64,000 nucleotides of DNA from Salpingoeca rosetta (GCA_033442325.1 JAWQFM010000002.1:2693144-2757143); one strand, 5' to 3'; shown: positions 40,780-54,485, counted from the stretch's first letter. A program made the numbers and translations. Notes: generated by a model from the sequence alone, not told the origin.

Positions 40780-42707
40780 GCGACAGACTCACCGATGGCA
40801 CGGGGCCAGTCCTCCCATTGGATTCCGTACGACGTAAGCGGTTTCCCCTCAATGTCCTTGAAGATCACAACGGGTCTGACGCACGCCGCACAAGCGACAA
40901 GGGCCACAAGGCGTGTGTTGCAGTCAGCACAGGGTGTGTCATGATGTCGTACACACAACGCCCTCGCTCAGAGACATGAAGCAGCACCAGCAGCAACGGC
41001 AGCAACAGTCACAACCTCCACAGAAACAACAGCAGCATAAACAACAGCAACAGAAGCAGCAACACGACATTGCAACCGCCTACCCTCACCCTCCACCTCC
41101 CTCAACACCCCTCATACCACCGACCTGCCGTCGCGCTCTGCGGTGAGGGCGAATGTGTTGTTTGGGAGGCGGACAGCGAGGCGGTCGAACGAGCCCGTGG
41201 ACTCCGTCGGCACCTCCACCACCCGGCCCGTCTCAATCTGGCCAGCACAAGGCGGCAGTGATGAGGGTTGGTGTGGTGCAGGGTGGGAACAGTGTGAGGA
41301 TGTGTGTTGGGTTGTGGACGAGAGGGGAGAAGGAAAGACATCAAAAGCGCATAAGAAAGCAAAACAAGGTGATACAAATGAGCAACCGTGTGCTTGTTGC
41401 ACCTAGATACACACATACAACACGCACATACACACAACCACACACAACCACACACAACCACACACAACCACACACACACACACACACACACACAACCACA
41501 CACACACACACACACACCTCGACTTGATCGTATTCCCGCTTGAAGCCAAAGAACAGCTTTCGCCCACACCACACGGCTGTCTGTGGTGTGTCTGGCAAGG
41601 GCTGGTCCTGCACAAGTGACCATTTTCACAAGCGAATGTGTACAGACACGATGCATGCACACAGGCATGGGCACAGTCAAGGACAAGGTGTGTTGACGCG
41701 AGCGTCGTCAGCGCACGCTGAAAAACAAAACACCATGGCAATCACATGATCATCTCACACGTACGTATGTGTGTGTATGTGTGTGCTCATGCTTGCCTTG
41801 ATGTGCTTGGCTTCGTCGCGGCCGACTTCAAAGACGAAGAAGCGTCGCTTGACGATGCAGCAGAGCTGGAGTGTGAGGCGGTCCACGGGCAGGGTGCTCC
41901 GCGTCTCGCTGAGGCGATGGGTGTCTGCCTGCGGCATACCACGGACATGGAGGTCTGCGGCGAAGAGGAGCGTGCCCTTGCTCCGCTCGATGGTGTACAA
42001 GGACGTGAATGTGGTGAGGTCGTGGACGTGTACGTAGGTGTCTGCGAGGCACAGCAGGATGTTGAGCTCCGGCACAGCGAGCAGCTGGGAGATTGGCGGC
42101 TTTCGCGATGTCTTCAAAAAGTCCTTCTTTGTCAGTCGTAAGCTGGGCACAGCGCCCACAGACCCCTCTGGCAGGTCATACACCAGCAATTGGCCCTGGC
42201 TTGTTCCCACCAGCAAGTCCGTTCCTGCCAGTGTGTGTGCGTGTGTGTGCGTGTGTGTGAGTGTGTGTGAGTGTGTGTGAGTGTGTGTGAGTGTGTGTGT
42301 GTGTGAGTATGTGTGCGTGTATGTGTGTATGTGTGTGTGAGTGTGTGTGTGTGTGTGACGTGAATGTGTGTGTGATGTGTGAATGTGTGTAAAAGTGCAC
42401 AGGTGTGATGTGAGATGGTGGAGTGAAGACGAAAACGATCCAAGGTGCGTGTGTCAGGTGCGTGGTTTCTGCTCGACAACCACCAGCAGCGACAACACAC
42501 AGCAGCGATGCATCACATAAGCGAGCAAACGCACAGACACAGACACAAACCCACAGAGTCGCACACACACACAGACAAAGACACACACACACAACACAGA
42601 CACACACACAGCTCACCGTTGAGTTCAACGGATTGGATGTGAAAAGGAACGCTGCGCCATTGTACAATGGGATGGACCTCGAACGCTTGCAGCTCCGGTG
42701 TCTGCAT
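35484..42707 (-). CDS. VPS39: Vam6/Vps39-like HOPS subunit (CNH domain, clathrin-like repeat, C-terminal Zn finger)
   Basis: [14 protein letters not shown].../[15 protein letters not shown]; [19 protein letters not shown]; [10 protein letters not shown]; [18 protein letters not shown]; [19 protein letters not shown]; [19 protein letters not shown]; [25 protein letters not shown]. Many exons. Confidence 0.88.
39915..40013. repeat. (GGA)n microsatellite
   Basis: Direct reading; intronic in Vps39. Confidence 0.9.
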
Positions 42708-42879
42708 CTCGCTCTGTGTGTGCTGCTTGTCTTGTCTTCCCCTCCACTCGTCAACTCATCAACTCACTATATTTTTGCATGTCGCACTGTCGGATCTTCA
42801 CCAACGAGCACCTCCATCAATTTATGCTGTATTTTTGCATACCCAAAATTCATGTCAATCGTGTTTAATCGTTGCTACT

Positions 42880-42950
42880 TTTCCTTCCGCGCCAGATTTT
42901 CAAAAGCGCGCGCGCGCCAAATCCGTCCATCATCTCCCGCGCGTTCAAAC
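42880..42950. promoter_or_regulatory. E2F-like and CHR-like elements in the Vps39/RRM1 divergent promoter
   Basis: GCGCCAAA (reverse complement TTTGGCGC) at 42914-42921; TTCCGCGCC near 42886; TTCAAA (reverse complement TTTGAA) at about 42899 and 42944. Confidence 0.5.
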
Positions 42951-43181
42951 AAACACACACAACACAGCCCACACACTGCCACGAGCGAGTGAGCAAGCAA
43001 GCAAGCGAGCAAGAGGGTGGCAAGAAGCCTTCCACCAACACGACCAGACCACCATCATCCCGCCGGTCGGTTCATTTTCTTCCAAGCGTATCGCATAGGC
43101 AGTTCCCCCTCCCCACAAGCCAACACCACCATTCCACTCCCCAGTCCCCCTTCCAGCCCATCCTCAACACAACCTCCCAGG

Positions 43182-45085
43182 ATGTATGTCGTCAAGCGAG
43201 GTACGCACTCCGCTGTGTGCCGGCACAAAGCTCCCGCGCTCCGTTCCGTCTCCACCATTACCCACGCTTCGCACGACTGCTTGGCGTGTTCTCCATCTCA
43301 CTCACACCATTATTGTTGCGCGCCCACGCTCGTGTTTGGTTGTTGTGATTCTTGCACAGACGGGCGCAAGGAGAAGGTTCTCTTTGACAAGATCACTTCC
43401 CGCGTCTCCAAGCTCAGCTACGGCCTCAACACAGAGCACGTCGATGCTGTACGTACTTCGTACCACAACACCACAAACGTGCACCAAGCAAGCTCGAATG
43501 CATGTGTGACTGCGAATGCATGTGTGCGTGTTGTTCAAACCCTGTTCATCACCATCTCACGTCGTCACTCGGCTTGCGCGCGTCCTCGTGCTCGTCGTAC
43601 ACAGGTTGAGATCACCAAGCGCGTCATCTCTGGCGTGTATACCGGTGTCACCACGGTTGAGCTTGACCAGCTTGCCGCGGAGACAGCCGCCTCCTTCACC
43701 ACCAAGCACCCGGACTACGCCATCCTCGCCGCGCGCATCGCCGTGTCCAACCTCCACAAGATGACACACAAGCAGTTCAGCGGTATGTCATCCGTGTGTC
43801 AAAACACTGCAATCGCTGTTCATCGTTGCTGTGATTGTGACGGTGTTTCATCAAACGAGCAATGCCCCCACACCTTGTATTTTCACGCAACTGCCACGTT
43901 GACACAAACGTTGCAATCACCACCACTCACACCGACCGCATTGCGTGCGTGCATGCAGATGTCATTGATGCTCTGCACCACTACGTCAACCCGGAGACAG
44001 GCCGCCCAGCTCCGCTCATCTCCAAGGAGACGTACGAGCAGGTCATGGCCAACAAGGAGGTGTACAACTCGCACATCATCTTTGAGCGTGACTTCAACTT
44101 CAACTTCTTTGGCTTCAAGACGCTTGAGCGCTCGTACCTGCTGAAGATGAACGGCAAGGTTGCCGAGCGCCCCCAGCACATGTTCATGCGCGTCGCCATT
44201 GGCATGCACGGCGAAGACGTTGACGCAGCCATCGAGGTAACGCACCTCTGTGTGTGTGTGCTGTGTCTCGCGTGTGTCGACAAACGTCATGCTGCAATCT
44301 TCGTCCATGTGTTGCACTCTTCGTCTGTTTGTCTCACCAAAGCCCTTTCTCACAACAACCTTATCACACACACACACACACACTGTACTGATCTGATTAG
44401 ACGTACAACTACATGTCCGAGGGCTTTTTCACGCACGCGTCGCCAACGCTGTTCAACTCTGGCACGCCCATCCCGCAGCTGAGCAGCTGCTTCCTCCTCA
44501 CCATGAAGGACGACAGCATCGAGGGCATCTACGATACGCTCAAGACGTGTGCCATGATCTCCAAGACAGCCGGCGGCATTGGCCTTAGCGTGCACAACAT
44601 CCGCGCCAGCGGCTCGTACATTGCCGGCACCAACGGCCACTCGAACGGGCTCGTGCCCATGCTGCGCGTGTTCAACAACACGGCGCGCTACGTCGACCAG
44701 GGCGGCAACAAGCGGCCCGGCGCCTTTGCCGTGTACCTCGAGCCGTGGCACGCAGACATCTTTGACTTTCTCGAGCTGAAGAAGAACACCGGTGTTGAGG
44801 AGCAGCGTGCCCGCGACCTCTTCTTCGCGCTGTGGGTGCCCGACCTGTTTATGAAGCGCGTTGAGGCCAACGAAGAGTGGACGCTCATGTGCCCGCACGA
44901 GTGCCCCGGTCTCTCGGACACATACGGCGACGAGTTTGAGCGCCTGTACGAGAAGTACGAGGCCGAGGGCAAGGGCCGCAAGAAGGTGTCGGCATCCAAG
45001 CTCTGGTTTGCCATTCTCGACGCCCAGACGGAGACGGGCACCCCATACATGCTCTACAAGGACGCGTGCAACAAGAAGGTGTGTG

Positions 45086-45149
<64 letters not shown>

Positions 45150-46847
45150 GTATGCGTTTGTGTGCGCGCGTTTGTGTACACGTATGCGTTCGTGTGTGTA
45201 ACACGTGGCGACTACACAACCATTTTCTGTGCAGTCTGTGTCTCTGTTCAACCACACAACGTGCGTGCTCACATCCTCCCCCATCTCCATACATGCAGTC
45301 GAACCAGAAGAACCTTGGCACCATCCACAGCAGCAACCTCTGCACGGAGATTATCGAGTACAGCAGCCCCGACGAGGTCGCCGTCTGGTGAGTCTTGATG
45401 TTGCTTTGCCTCTGCACCCGGGGTGCGCGCGCGTGTGTGTGTTTGCGCCAATGAGAACAGACTCCTTGCTCGACACTGACAACATCACCCAACGTGTCAC
45501 CAACCCATAGCCCATTCACCGCCACACTAACATCCGCACCACCTTTGCCCTCTCTCTCTCTCCAAACACGCTTGCAGCAACCTCGGCTCGATTGCGCTGA
45601 ACAAGTTTGTTGGGGACAAGACGTTTGATTACAAGAAGCTGCACGAGGTTACCAAGGTGCTCACGCGCAACCTCAACAAGATTATCGACATCAACTACTA
45701 CCCTGTCCCAGAGGCGCGCAAGTCCAACATGCGCCACCGCCCCATTGGCATTGGCGTGCAGGGCCTTGCCGACGCGTTTATCCTGATGCGTCTTCCCTTT
45801 GACAGCGACGAGGCACGCGAGGTGAACCGCAAGATTTTCGAGACCATCTACCACGGCGCCCTCGAAGCCTCCACGGAGATTGCGTCCGTTGAGGGGCCAT
45901 ACGAGACTTTTGAGGGCTCGCCCACCTCTGAGGGCATTCTTCAGTTTGACATGTGGGATGTGAAGCCCACGGACCTGTGGGATTGGGAGTCGCTTCGCGA
46001 GCGCGTGAAGAAGGACGGCATTCGCAACTCGCTGCTGGTTGCGCCCATGCCCACCGCGTCCACTGCCCAGATTCTCGGCAACAACGAGTCGATTGAGCCC
46101 TACACGAGCAACATCTACTCGCGCCGCGTGCTCTCTGGCGAGTTCCAGGTGGTGAACAAGCACTTGCTCAAGGACCTTGTTGAGATGGGTCTGTGGTCCG
46201 ATGAGGTCAAGGATCAGATTATCCTCAACAACGGCTCCATCCAGAAGATTGAGGGTGAGTTTCATGTGTGTGCGTGTTTGGGGGGGGGGGGAGTGGGGTT
46301 GTGTGTGTGTGTGTGGTTGTGGTTGTGGTTGTGTGTGTGTGTGTGTGTGTGTGACTTGCCGTTATGCACTGTCACTCGTTGTGCATTGTCTGTTTGCTGC
46401 TTGACATGACGTGCGATACAGCCACGCCGAAAACTGTCATGCACATCTCGCTCACCTTCCATCCACCCGCCCCCCCCTTCCTCTCAAACAAACTTTGCTT
46501 CCCTGTTCATTGCAGGCATTCCCGATGACATCAAGGCCCTGTACAAGACGGTGTGGGAGCTCTCCCAGCGTACGCTGATTGACATGGCTGCTGATCGCGG
46601 CGCCTTTATCGACCAGAGCCAGTCGTTCAACGTGCACATCTCCGACCCCAACTTTGGCAAGCTCACGTCCATGCACTTTTACGCGTGGAAGCGGGGCCTT
46701 AAGACGGGCATGTACTACCTGCGCTCGCGTGCCGCCACCAACGCCATCCAGTTTACGGTCGACGCGAAGAAGGCGCGGGAGGCCAAGGAGGCCGCCATGA
46801 TGTGCTCCATCGACAACAGGGACGAGTGCGTCATGTGCAGCGCGTAA
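43182..46847 (+). CDS. RRM1: Ribonucleoside-diphosphate reductase large subunit (class Ia)
   Basis: ATP cone [21 protein letters not shown]; [10 protein letters not shown]; QLSSCFL; [21 protein letters not shown]; SNLCTEI; [15 protein letters not shown]; KTGMYYLR; C-terminal CVMCSA. Confidence 0.97.
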
Positions 46848-46860
46848 TGACAACCAACGT

Positions 46861-46900
<40 letters not shown>

Positions 46901-47302
46901 CATCTTCCGACATTGACTGTCGTGGTGGTTGGTGGGGAAAGTGTTGAATTGAAGGTTTGTCATGAGCAATCGTGTGACAATGCGCTGATGAATGTAACAA
47001 GTGTCGGTCAGTCTTTTCTCTGCCTCCCCTCCCCCTTTGATTTGATTCCTCTGTGGGTTGCTTCTCTCTTCTCCCCTCTTCTCTCTGTTGCGTTACCCTG
47101 CTTCTTGTGCTTGACGAACGAATAAACAAAATATGCTTTGACATGAAGAGCAGGCGGCTTCGCTTATTCGTGCAATGGATTGCTTGCTTTGGAGGGGAGA
47201 CAGGAGGTGGACGTGGTACAAACACAAGATTGATCGGTGTGCACACGCATACACACACACACATATACACACCCACAACAGGCAAAGTGAACACGCACAT
47301 GT

Positions 47303-47375
<73 letters not shown>

Positions 47376-47378
<3 letters not shown>

Positions 47379-48376
47379 TTGACGCTTGACCTTGGCTGGG
47401 CGGGGAGGGCAGCAGCAGCAGCGCACGAGGGCGCGACCGAGCACAAAGAGGAGAAACGCAATCCCGCCGAGCAGGAAGACAACACTCGTGTGCAGCATCA
47501 CGTTGTGGTACAGCATAAACGCCCAGTTGTGCTGGCGAACGGTAAACGCATATGTCGGCTCTGCGCCGGCGGTCGGCACGGTGATGCGAAGGAAGTTGTT
47601 GATGAGCTTCATGTCATGAAACCGCAGGCTGTAGTGGCGGTCCTCCACACTGAATGTTGGCCAGGGTGCCAGCAGCACCAGGCTGTCGAACAGCGTGATG
47701 ATGAACCCGCGGATGCCCTCTGAGCCTTTGGTGATGCTGGACGACACAAGCGCCGGAATGCACGTCGTTGTTGTTGATGACGACGACGATGTTGTTGTTG
47801 TGGACTCATGTGCGTGCTGGTGGTTGGTGTCGTCGTCGGTGTCGTCGCTGCCGATGCGTTGGCACATGGTCATGGACGCGGTCATGTGGAGATCGCCGGC
47901 CGCGATGGTGACGTGCTTCTCCCGCGCCGCGCGGAAGAGCGGAGACAGCAGCGCATCCTCGCTCGCGTGATACGAGCGGTGGTTCGGATACAGGTCGTCT
48001 GGCAATGGGGGAGAGGGTGTGCATGTGTGTTGTTGGTGATGTATAGGGCGCAGCTTGTGGATGAGAAGGGTGCAACGGCAAAGAGTACAGACGGACATCA
48101 GCAATAGGGCGGATGGCCGGACGCGCGAATGTGCGTAGAGGCAAAGAGAGCGAGATAAAAGCAAAGGAGAGAGAGAGAGAGAGACGGAGAGGGGAGGGGG
48201 CCGACACACGCGCACATAATCAGAGACAGACAGGCAGGTAGACAGACAGGCAGACAGACAGGCAGGCAGACAGACAGACAGGCAGACAGGCAGGCAGGTA
48301 GACAGGTAGACAGGCAGGTAGACTGGCAGACAGACAGGCAGGTAGACAGGCAGGTAGACACACATACACACACCAA

Positions 48377-48443
<67 letters not shown>

Positions 48444-50200
48444 ACTGCCCTATTGCTTACGTTCGACGACTTCGACAATGTCGGCCATGAATGTGTTTGG
48501 GTACATGAGTGGGAGGTTGGTGAGGACGAGGATGTTGGAGACGTCCTTGTCCTGCCTCCACGCCTCGATGGTGCTGGTGAACCGGGCCAGCTGTCCGGTG
48601 CCCACGAGCGTCGGGTGCGCCTCGTTCTCTGCGAGTGCGCGGTGGTAGCGCAGGTCAAGCAGGAACACGCCCACGCCATTGGACACAAGGGCGTCGTCGA
48701 CAGTCGTGTGCGCAAACAGGGCCGTGTCATCCACTTCCCCGCGCAGCAGCGCTTCAACGTCAAGCACAATGTCTGTACGGGACATTGCATGCATGCATGC
48801 AAGCAACACGCGCGCGTGAGTCAAACGGCAGAGGTCATGTGGCTGTGTGTGTGTATGCGGTGGTGATTGTGTGGTTGTGTTATTGTGTGATTGTGGTGGC
48901 GGTCGTGATTGTGTGAACGTGCGTGTGCGACTGTGTGTGCCCAGAGTTCAAGCCACAGCGAAGCAAGTACAACAACAGCTACATGCGTGGGACAGCAAGC
49001 ATCACTGGCAACAACGCATGCACTACAGTCTGCATTACCGTGTGAGAGTTGACGCTGGAAGAGCAGGACGGCCAGGTGCGCTGCTTTGATAAACGCCATG
49101 TCAACAGCATGCGTCTTCAGCACGCCAGGGCTGCAGCAAGGTGTGAGTTGGCGTGAGGCAGCGCAGCGGTCACAGGTGAGAGTGGGTGAGAGGGACGGGA
49201 GAGATGAGAGAGGTGAGAGCGATTCATGAACAACACCACCGGCGCTGGCGTGACATGGTCGCAGCAGCATGTTGTTGGTGCATGTGGATTTGTTCGCGTG
49301 TGGACATGCCAGCGCCACAAGACAAGACAAGACAAGACAAGAGAGAAGAGAGAGAGTGTGTGTGTTTTGGTCGGACCTGAGGGCGTTGAAGATGTCATGA
49401 TCGTCCGGAAGCATGATGTGCGAAGCCTTTCGAAGGATGCTGGCCATTGCTGGGCGCGTCCATGACTTGTGGTACAAGCGACGTACGTGCTGGTATGCCT
49501 CTGGGAACGACGCATGCGCCAGGGCCTTCCGTGGCAGGTCAAGGTAGAGCTGGTCGCCAATGTGGAACATGGTCTCGTTGCCCGTGAGGCTGGCATCAAG
49601 CAAGGCCACAAACTCGTCATCGTGATCCTCGAGGTAGCGGTCGCAGGACACGACGACCGCATCCATCGCCATGTCGCGACCAGGGCACTCTGTGTGGATG
49701 CGCGACACGCCCACGGTAATGCCATGGGCATCTGTCACCGCCAAGGTGTACTTGGAGCACGGCCTCAGTCCTTTGTTGAGCACCAGTGCGTTGGGCAGCC
49801 GGGTCGTATCCAGGGTTCCTCGCGCAACGACGCTACCGCCATCACTGGCGTCTCCAGTGGTCAGCTTGTAGTACAGCGTGAACTCACTGCCGTCGTTCTT
49901 GATGTTGGCCGTCGTGTTGTCGTCGTCATGGTCGTGATCGTCGCTGGCTTGCTCCTCGGTTTGTTGCTTGTTGTTGTCGTTGTTGTTGGTGCTGGTGTTG
50001 GGCTGCGGTGGCGCCTCTTGTTGCTTGTCCAACAAGATGTCGTACAGCACACGTGCAGATGTTGTGGTCACACGCCCGTTTGCCAGCAAGAAGGACTCCA
50101 CCTCCTTTGCAGCAAGCACGCGCGGATCTGCACGCGCTGTTGCCATACACACGGCAGCAAGCACAGCTGCTACTGCCACAACCTGCCACTGCCGGCCCAT
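47376..50200 (-). CDS. PhoD-like (alkaline phosphatase D family) metallophosphatase, type I membrane protein
   Basis: Signal peptide MGRQWQVVAVAAVLAAVCMATARA; motifs VVSCD, HIGDQLYLD, MLPDDHDIFN, LLDLR, AGDLH; C-terminal TM VVFLLGGIAFLLFVLGRAL followed by CCCC..KVKRQ*. Confidence 0.75.
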
Positions 50201-50475
50201 GACAGCGATGCAGGGATGAGTGATAATGAGATGGGAGGTGAGGTGAGAGGTGTTCAGTGAGCGAGGAGAAAGCAACAACAAGCGAGAAGCAAGATGCAAG
50301 ATTCCACGAAAGATGATTGAAATTATTCACAAATCCTCCCAACTTCACTGGTTTGCTGACAGACAGGACCAACCAAACCAACCCGACTGCTGCCTTCTCT
50401 CCTCCGTCATCTTCATTGTCATCTTCATCATATTCAACTTCTTCAGCAACATCAACAACATCAACAACATCAACC

Positions 50476-51259
50476 ATGGCTACCAGTGGGGTGTTGAGAC
50501 AGCTCATGTACACGGCGCATGGCCCGCCGCTGTCGGCGTTGGCCATGCGTTCTGGGACAATTCCAACGCCAGGTGCCAGTGAGGTGCTTGTCAAGTTCCT
50601 TGCGTCACCAATCAACCCATCCGACATCAATCAAGTGGAGGGCGTGTACCCCAAATCCCCAAGCCTCCCTGCTGTCGGCGGCAACGAAGGTGTGTGTGTG
50701 TGTGTGCGTGTGTGTGTGTGTATGTGTGTGTGTGTGTCGAGTTAGTGGGGGAAGATACATTGTTGCATTTCAACAGCAGCAGCAGCAGCAGCAGCAGCGG
50801 CAGCAAGCACGCTGACGCTTACAACAATGTGTACGGTAGGATTGGCCGAAGTTGTGCAGGTTGGCCGCGATTGCGCAACAGACTTGAAAGAGGGCGACCG
50901 AGTCATTCCCAGATGGTCTTGCCTTGGTGAGTGTGCATACGTGTGAATGTGTGTGCGTGCATGCGTGTGATTGTGTGTGTGCGTGCGTGTGTGTGTGTGT
51001 GCGTGCGTGCGTGCGTGTGAATGTGTGTGTGTCGTGTGTGTGTGTGTGTGTGTGTGTGTTCAGATGTGAGGTGGACAGTTTCATGGGTTCGAGCACTTTT
51101 GCGATTCTCAGAGTTACCTATGCCTCGGCCCTGTTGGACTAATGTTGAAGCTAGATTGCATGTGCGAAGCTTCTCAGACGGGGGAGCTCGAAATGCGGCA
51201 ACTCACGGCTATCGCCCGAGAAGAACCGTTGTAGCATTGAGGTTCAAGGAAGCGGCTTT

Positions 51260-51336
<77 letters not shown>

Positions 51337-51779
51337 AAATGTGTGTGCGCGTGTGCATGCGTGCGTGCGTTTGCGTTTGCGCGGGGTGTCGTGTTTTGTG
51401 CACGGTTTCTGATTGAAACCAGTTGCTTTTGAACTCAAGCGAGCGTGTTCTGTGTTCGTGAATGTTGGTCAGCTTGCAGCTTCTCACGCTTGTCATGCTC
51501 CCTTTTTGTCATCACTCTTGCCTCTTTGAAAGGCACATGGACAAGCCATCTGGCGAGCGACGCGGGGAACTTCATCAAGCTGCCAGGAGACGTGGACCCG
51601 CTGCAGGCGGCAACGTTGAGCGTGAACCCTTGCACTGCATATCGCATGTTGCACGACTTTTGCCAGCTCCAGCCAGGTCAGTCGAGATGCACATGCGATC
51701 CGACGAACAGCGGCACAATCTGCTCTTGAAACTGCTGCAGCTGGTGACCACATCCTTTCGTGTTCTCTCGCTCCCTGTC

Positions 51780-51812
<33 letters not shown>

Positions 51813-52217
51813 TTCTCTGTCTGTCTGTCTCTGTCTGTCTCTGTCTGTCTCTCTGTGTCTGTCTGTCTCTCTTCCTCTCTCTCCCTCGTTTCTCAGTCCT
51901 GCCAACAGTTATCATGTGTGGCTTTGGGTTGTTTTGCCGCCCCTGCTTGCTTGCCATTGGACTTGACATGTGTTAGCTGCTGCCAATATCACATGATGAC
52001 TCACGCCAGCACATCACCCGCAACAACACCCACGTGACCAGGGGACTACGTGGTGCAGAACGGGGCGACGTCGGCTGTTGGCCAAGCAGCGATTCAGCTG
52101 GCAAAAGTGTTTGGCTGGAAGACCATCAACATCGTTCGCAAGAGGTGTCATGGCTCGGCTGACTGCATCTACGATGACTTGCTTGCCTGAAGAACTCTCA
52201 CACGCTTCCATTTGGTG

Positions 52218-52252
<35 letters not shown>

Positions 52253-52738
52253 TGCAGGCCTGAGGATCAGGCCAAAGGGGATGCAGAGATGAGAGCGCAC
52301 CTGCAGGAGCTGGGAGCAGACCACATTGTGTATGATGACGAACTGATGGAGCCAGACACGCGTGCACTGTTCAAGGAAACGCGACCACGGCTCGCGCTCA
52401 ACTGCGTTGGCGGAAAACCGCTGTCGACGCTGTGCAAAGTCATGCCGCAACACGGCACCGTGGTCACATATGGCGGCATGTCCAAGAAGCCCATCATGCT
52501 GCCAACGGTATGCACCCTTGTGCGTGTGAGGGTGTTCATGTGTTTTCGTGTGTGTATATGAGAGAGTGTGCTTGTACATGTATGTGAGTTTTCCTTGTGT
52601 ATGTGTACATGTGCGGTACTTTGGTTGTGCAACATCAGTGTTCACGCCGTCAATCTTCTCGCAGGCGGCCCTCATCTTCCAAGACCTGCACTTCCACGGC
52701 TTTTGGATGACCCGATGGAATGACGTGCGTCATGCGTG

Positions 52739-52834
<96 letters not shown>

Positions 52835-53156
52835 TGCACGTGCATCATGCGTGTGTGATTGCTCCTCCTCCTCCTGCCCCTGTTGCCTTTGCTTGGTGTG
52901 CTTTCATGTGCGAGTTCAGAGGTTCACGCTGTCGATGTTGACTGCAGACAACGGACCTGGCTGAGCGGCAGCGCATGCTCGACACGCTTCTGGACCTCAT
53001 TCGCAGCGGACAGCTCGCCACGGTACGCACATGTCACGGGTGTTCCGCACGCGGTCGCATGTGTGGCGTGGTGAACGTCTTTGTATTGGGGGGGGGGAGG
53101 CAGCGTGAAGGACGCGGTTACATAAGAAAATGCACACACATGCACACTCATATGCG

Positions 53157-53196
<40 letters not shown>

Positions 53197-53382
53197 TGCA
53201 CACACACATGCACACATATGCGCACACACACACATGCACATTTTGTTCGCATTCATGCTCATATGATGGATGGTTTGTTTACTTTGCAGCGGGTTCAAAC
53301 GCATGCGCTGGAGAACTGGGAGGAGGCCATCACACAGGCGACAGCGCCGTACAAGCTGGACAAGCACGTGCTTGTCTTTTGA
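50476..53382 (+). CDS. MECR: Trans-2-enoyl-CoA/ACP reductase (MECR/Etr1, MDR family)
   Basis: [18 protein letters not shown]; PAVGGNEG; [15 protein letters not shown]; [18 protein letters not shown]; LALNCVGGK; [10 protein letters not shown]; [16 protein letters not shown]; KHVLVF*. Start codon not certain. Confidence 0.9.
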
Positions 53383-53603
53383 CTGACGAAAAGAGGGAGA
53401 AGGGCGTCCCGTTTGAGCCGCTGTCACATGTCACAAGGCCACACACGCACACACCCACATTGCTTGAACGCCATGTTACAATTGCGCTTGCACATAACCT
53501 CACAGGCCCAAGCACTTGCGCCCTATTAATGCACACACGATGCACACACATGAACACACACAATACATCGAAACCTACATCAGCTACTTGCGCTGCCGAA
53601 GAA

Positions 53604-53720
53604 CTAGTTGGGCCCCTGGGCATCTGTCCTGCGCTCGCCTGTTGATTGTGGTTGTTGTTGCTGTGAGTGGGCAGGCACTGCAGGCACTGTTGGCTGTTCC
53701 GGCTTGTCCTTGGTCCCGCG

Positions 53721-53812
<92 letters not shown>

Positions 53813-54247
53813 GCTGCTGCGGTGTAGACTGTGCGATGGTGTCTCGGAAGAGCTGGAGCTTCTTGAGCGGCTTGATGATGTTGTCCTTGGGGATGGGGAT
53901 GGTAGCGAGGCACGTGGGCATGTTCTCTGGCTGCTCGTTCCAGAGGTGGTGCGGGATGCCCGCCTCCCTCAGCTTCTCACTCAAGTTCAGCAGTTGCTGT
54001 TCGCTTTTCACCTGCAAGTGTACATATGTGTGTTGATTAGAGGGGGTGGGGGGACAGTGAAGGAGTCATGAGCAGAGGCGTGGGCGTAGACAGGTGTGGA
54101 GGTGTGGGTATGGCACGTGTGCAGAGATGTACATCAGGACACAGACAGACAGACAGACAGACAGACACAGACAGACACAGACACACACACACACACAGAC
54201 AGACAGACAGACAGACACACACACACACACAGACAGACAGACAGACA

Positions 54248-54295
<48 letters not shown>

Positions 54296-54485
54296 AACCA
54301 ACCTCCTTGACGTGCTTGGTCATGTGAGGGACGTCGGCCGTGTATCGCTTGACATTGTCATGGTCCATGTTCTCAACAATGACAGCGATTGCGGCATGAG
54401 CGCCCTGAGCCACAATCGACCCAATGCTCCACCCACACGCCCGCCACAAGTCTCGCCGCACCACAATCACCTGCACCAAGTCCAT
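53604..54485 (-). CDS. PTRHD1: PTH2-family peptidyl-tRNA hydrolase-like protein (PTRHD1) with polyQ tail
   Basis: [13 protein letters not shown]...[15 protein letters not shown]...[21 protein letters not shown]...[20 protein letters not shown]...LKKLQLFR; one intron. Confidence 0.85.

Noticed and set aside
51086-51100. tRNA gene suggested by GGTTCGA
   Set aside because: No cloverleaf stems or A box could be built around it.
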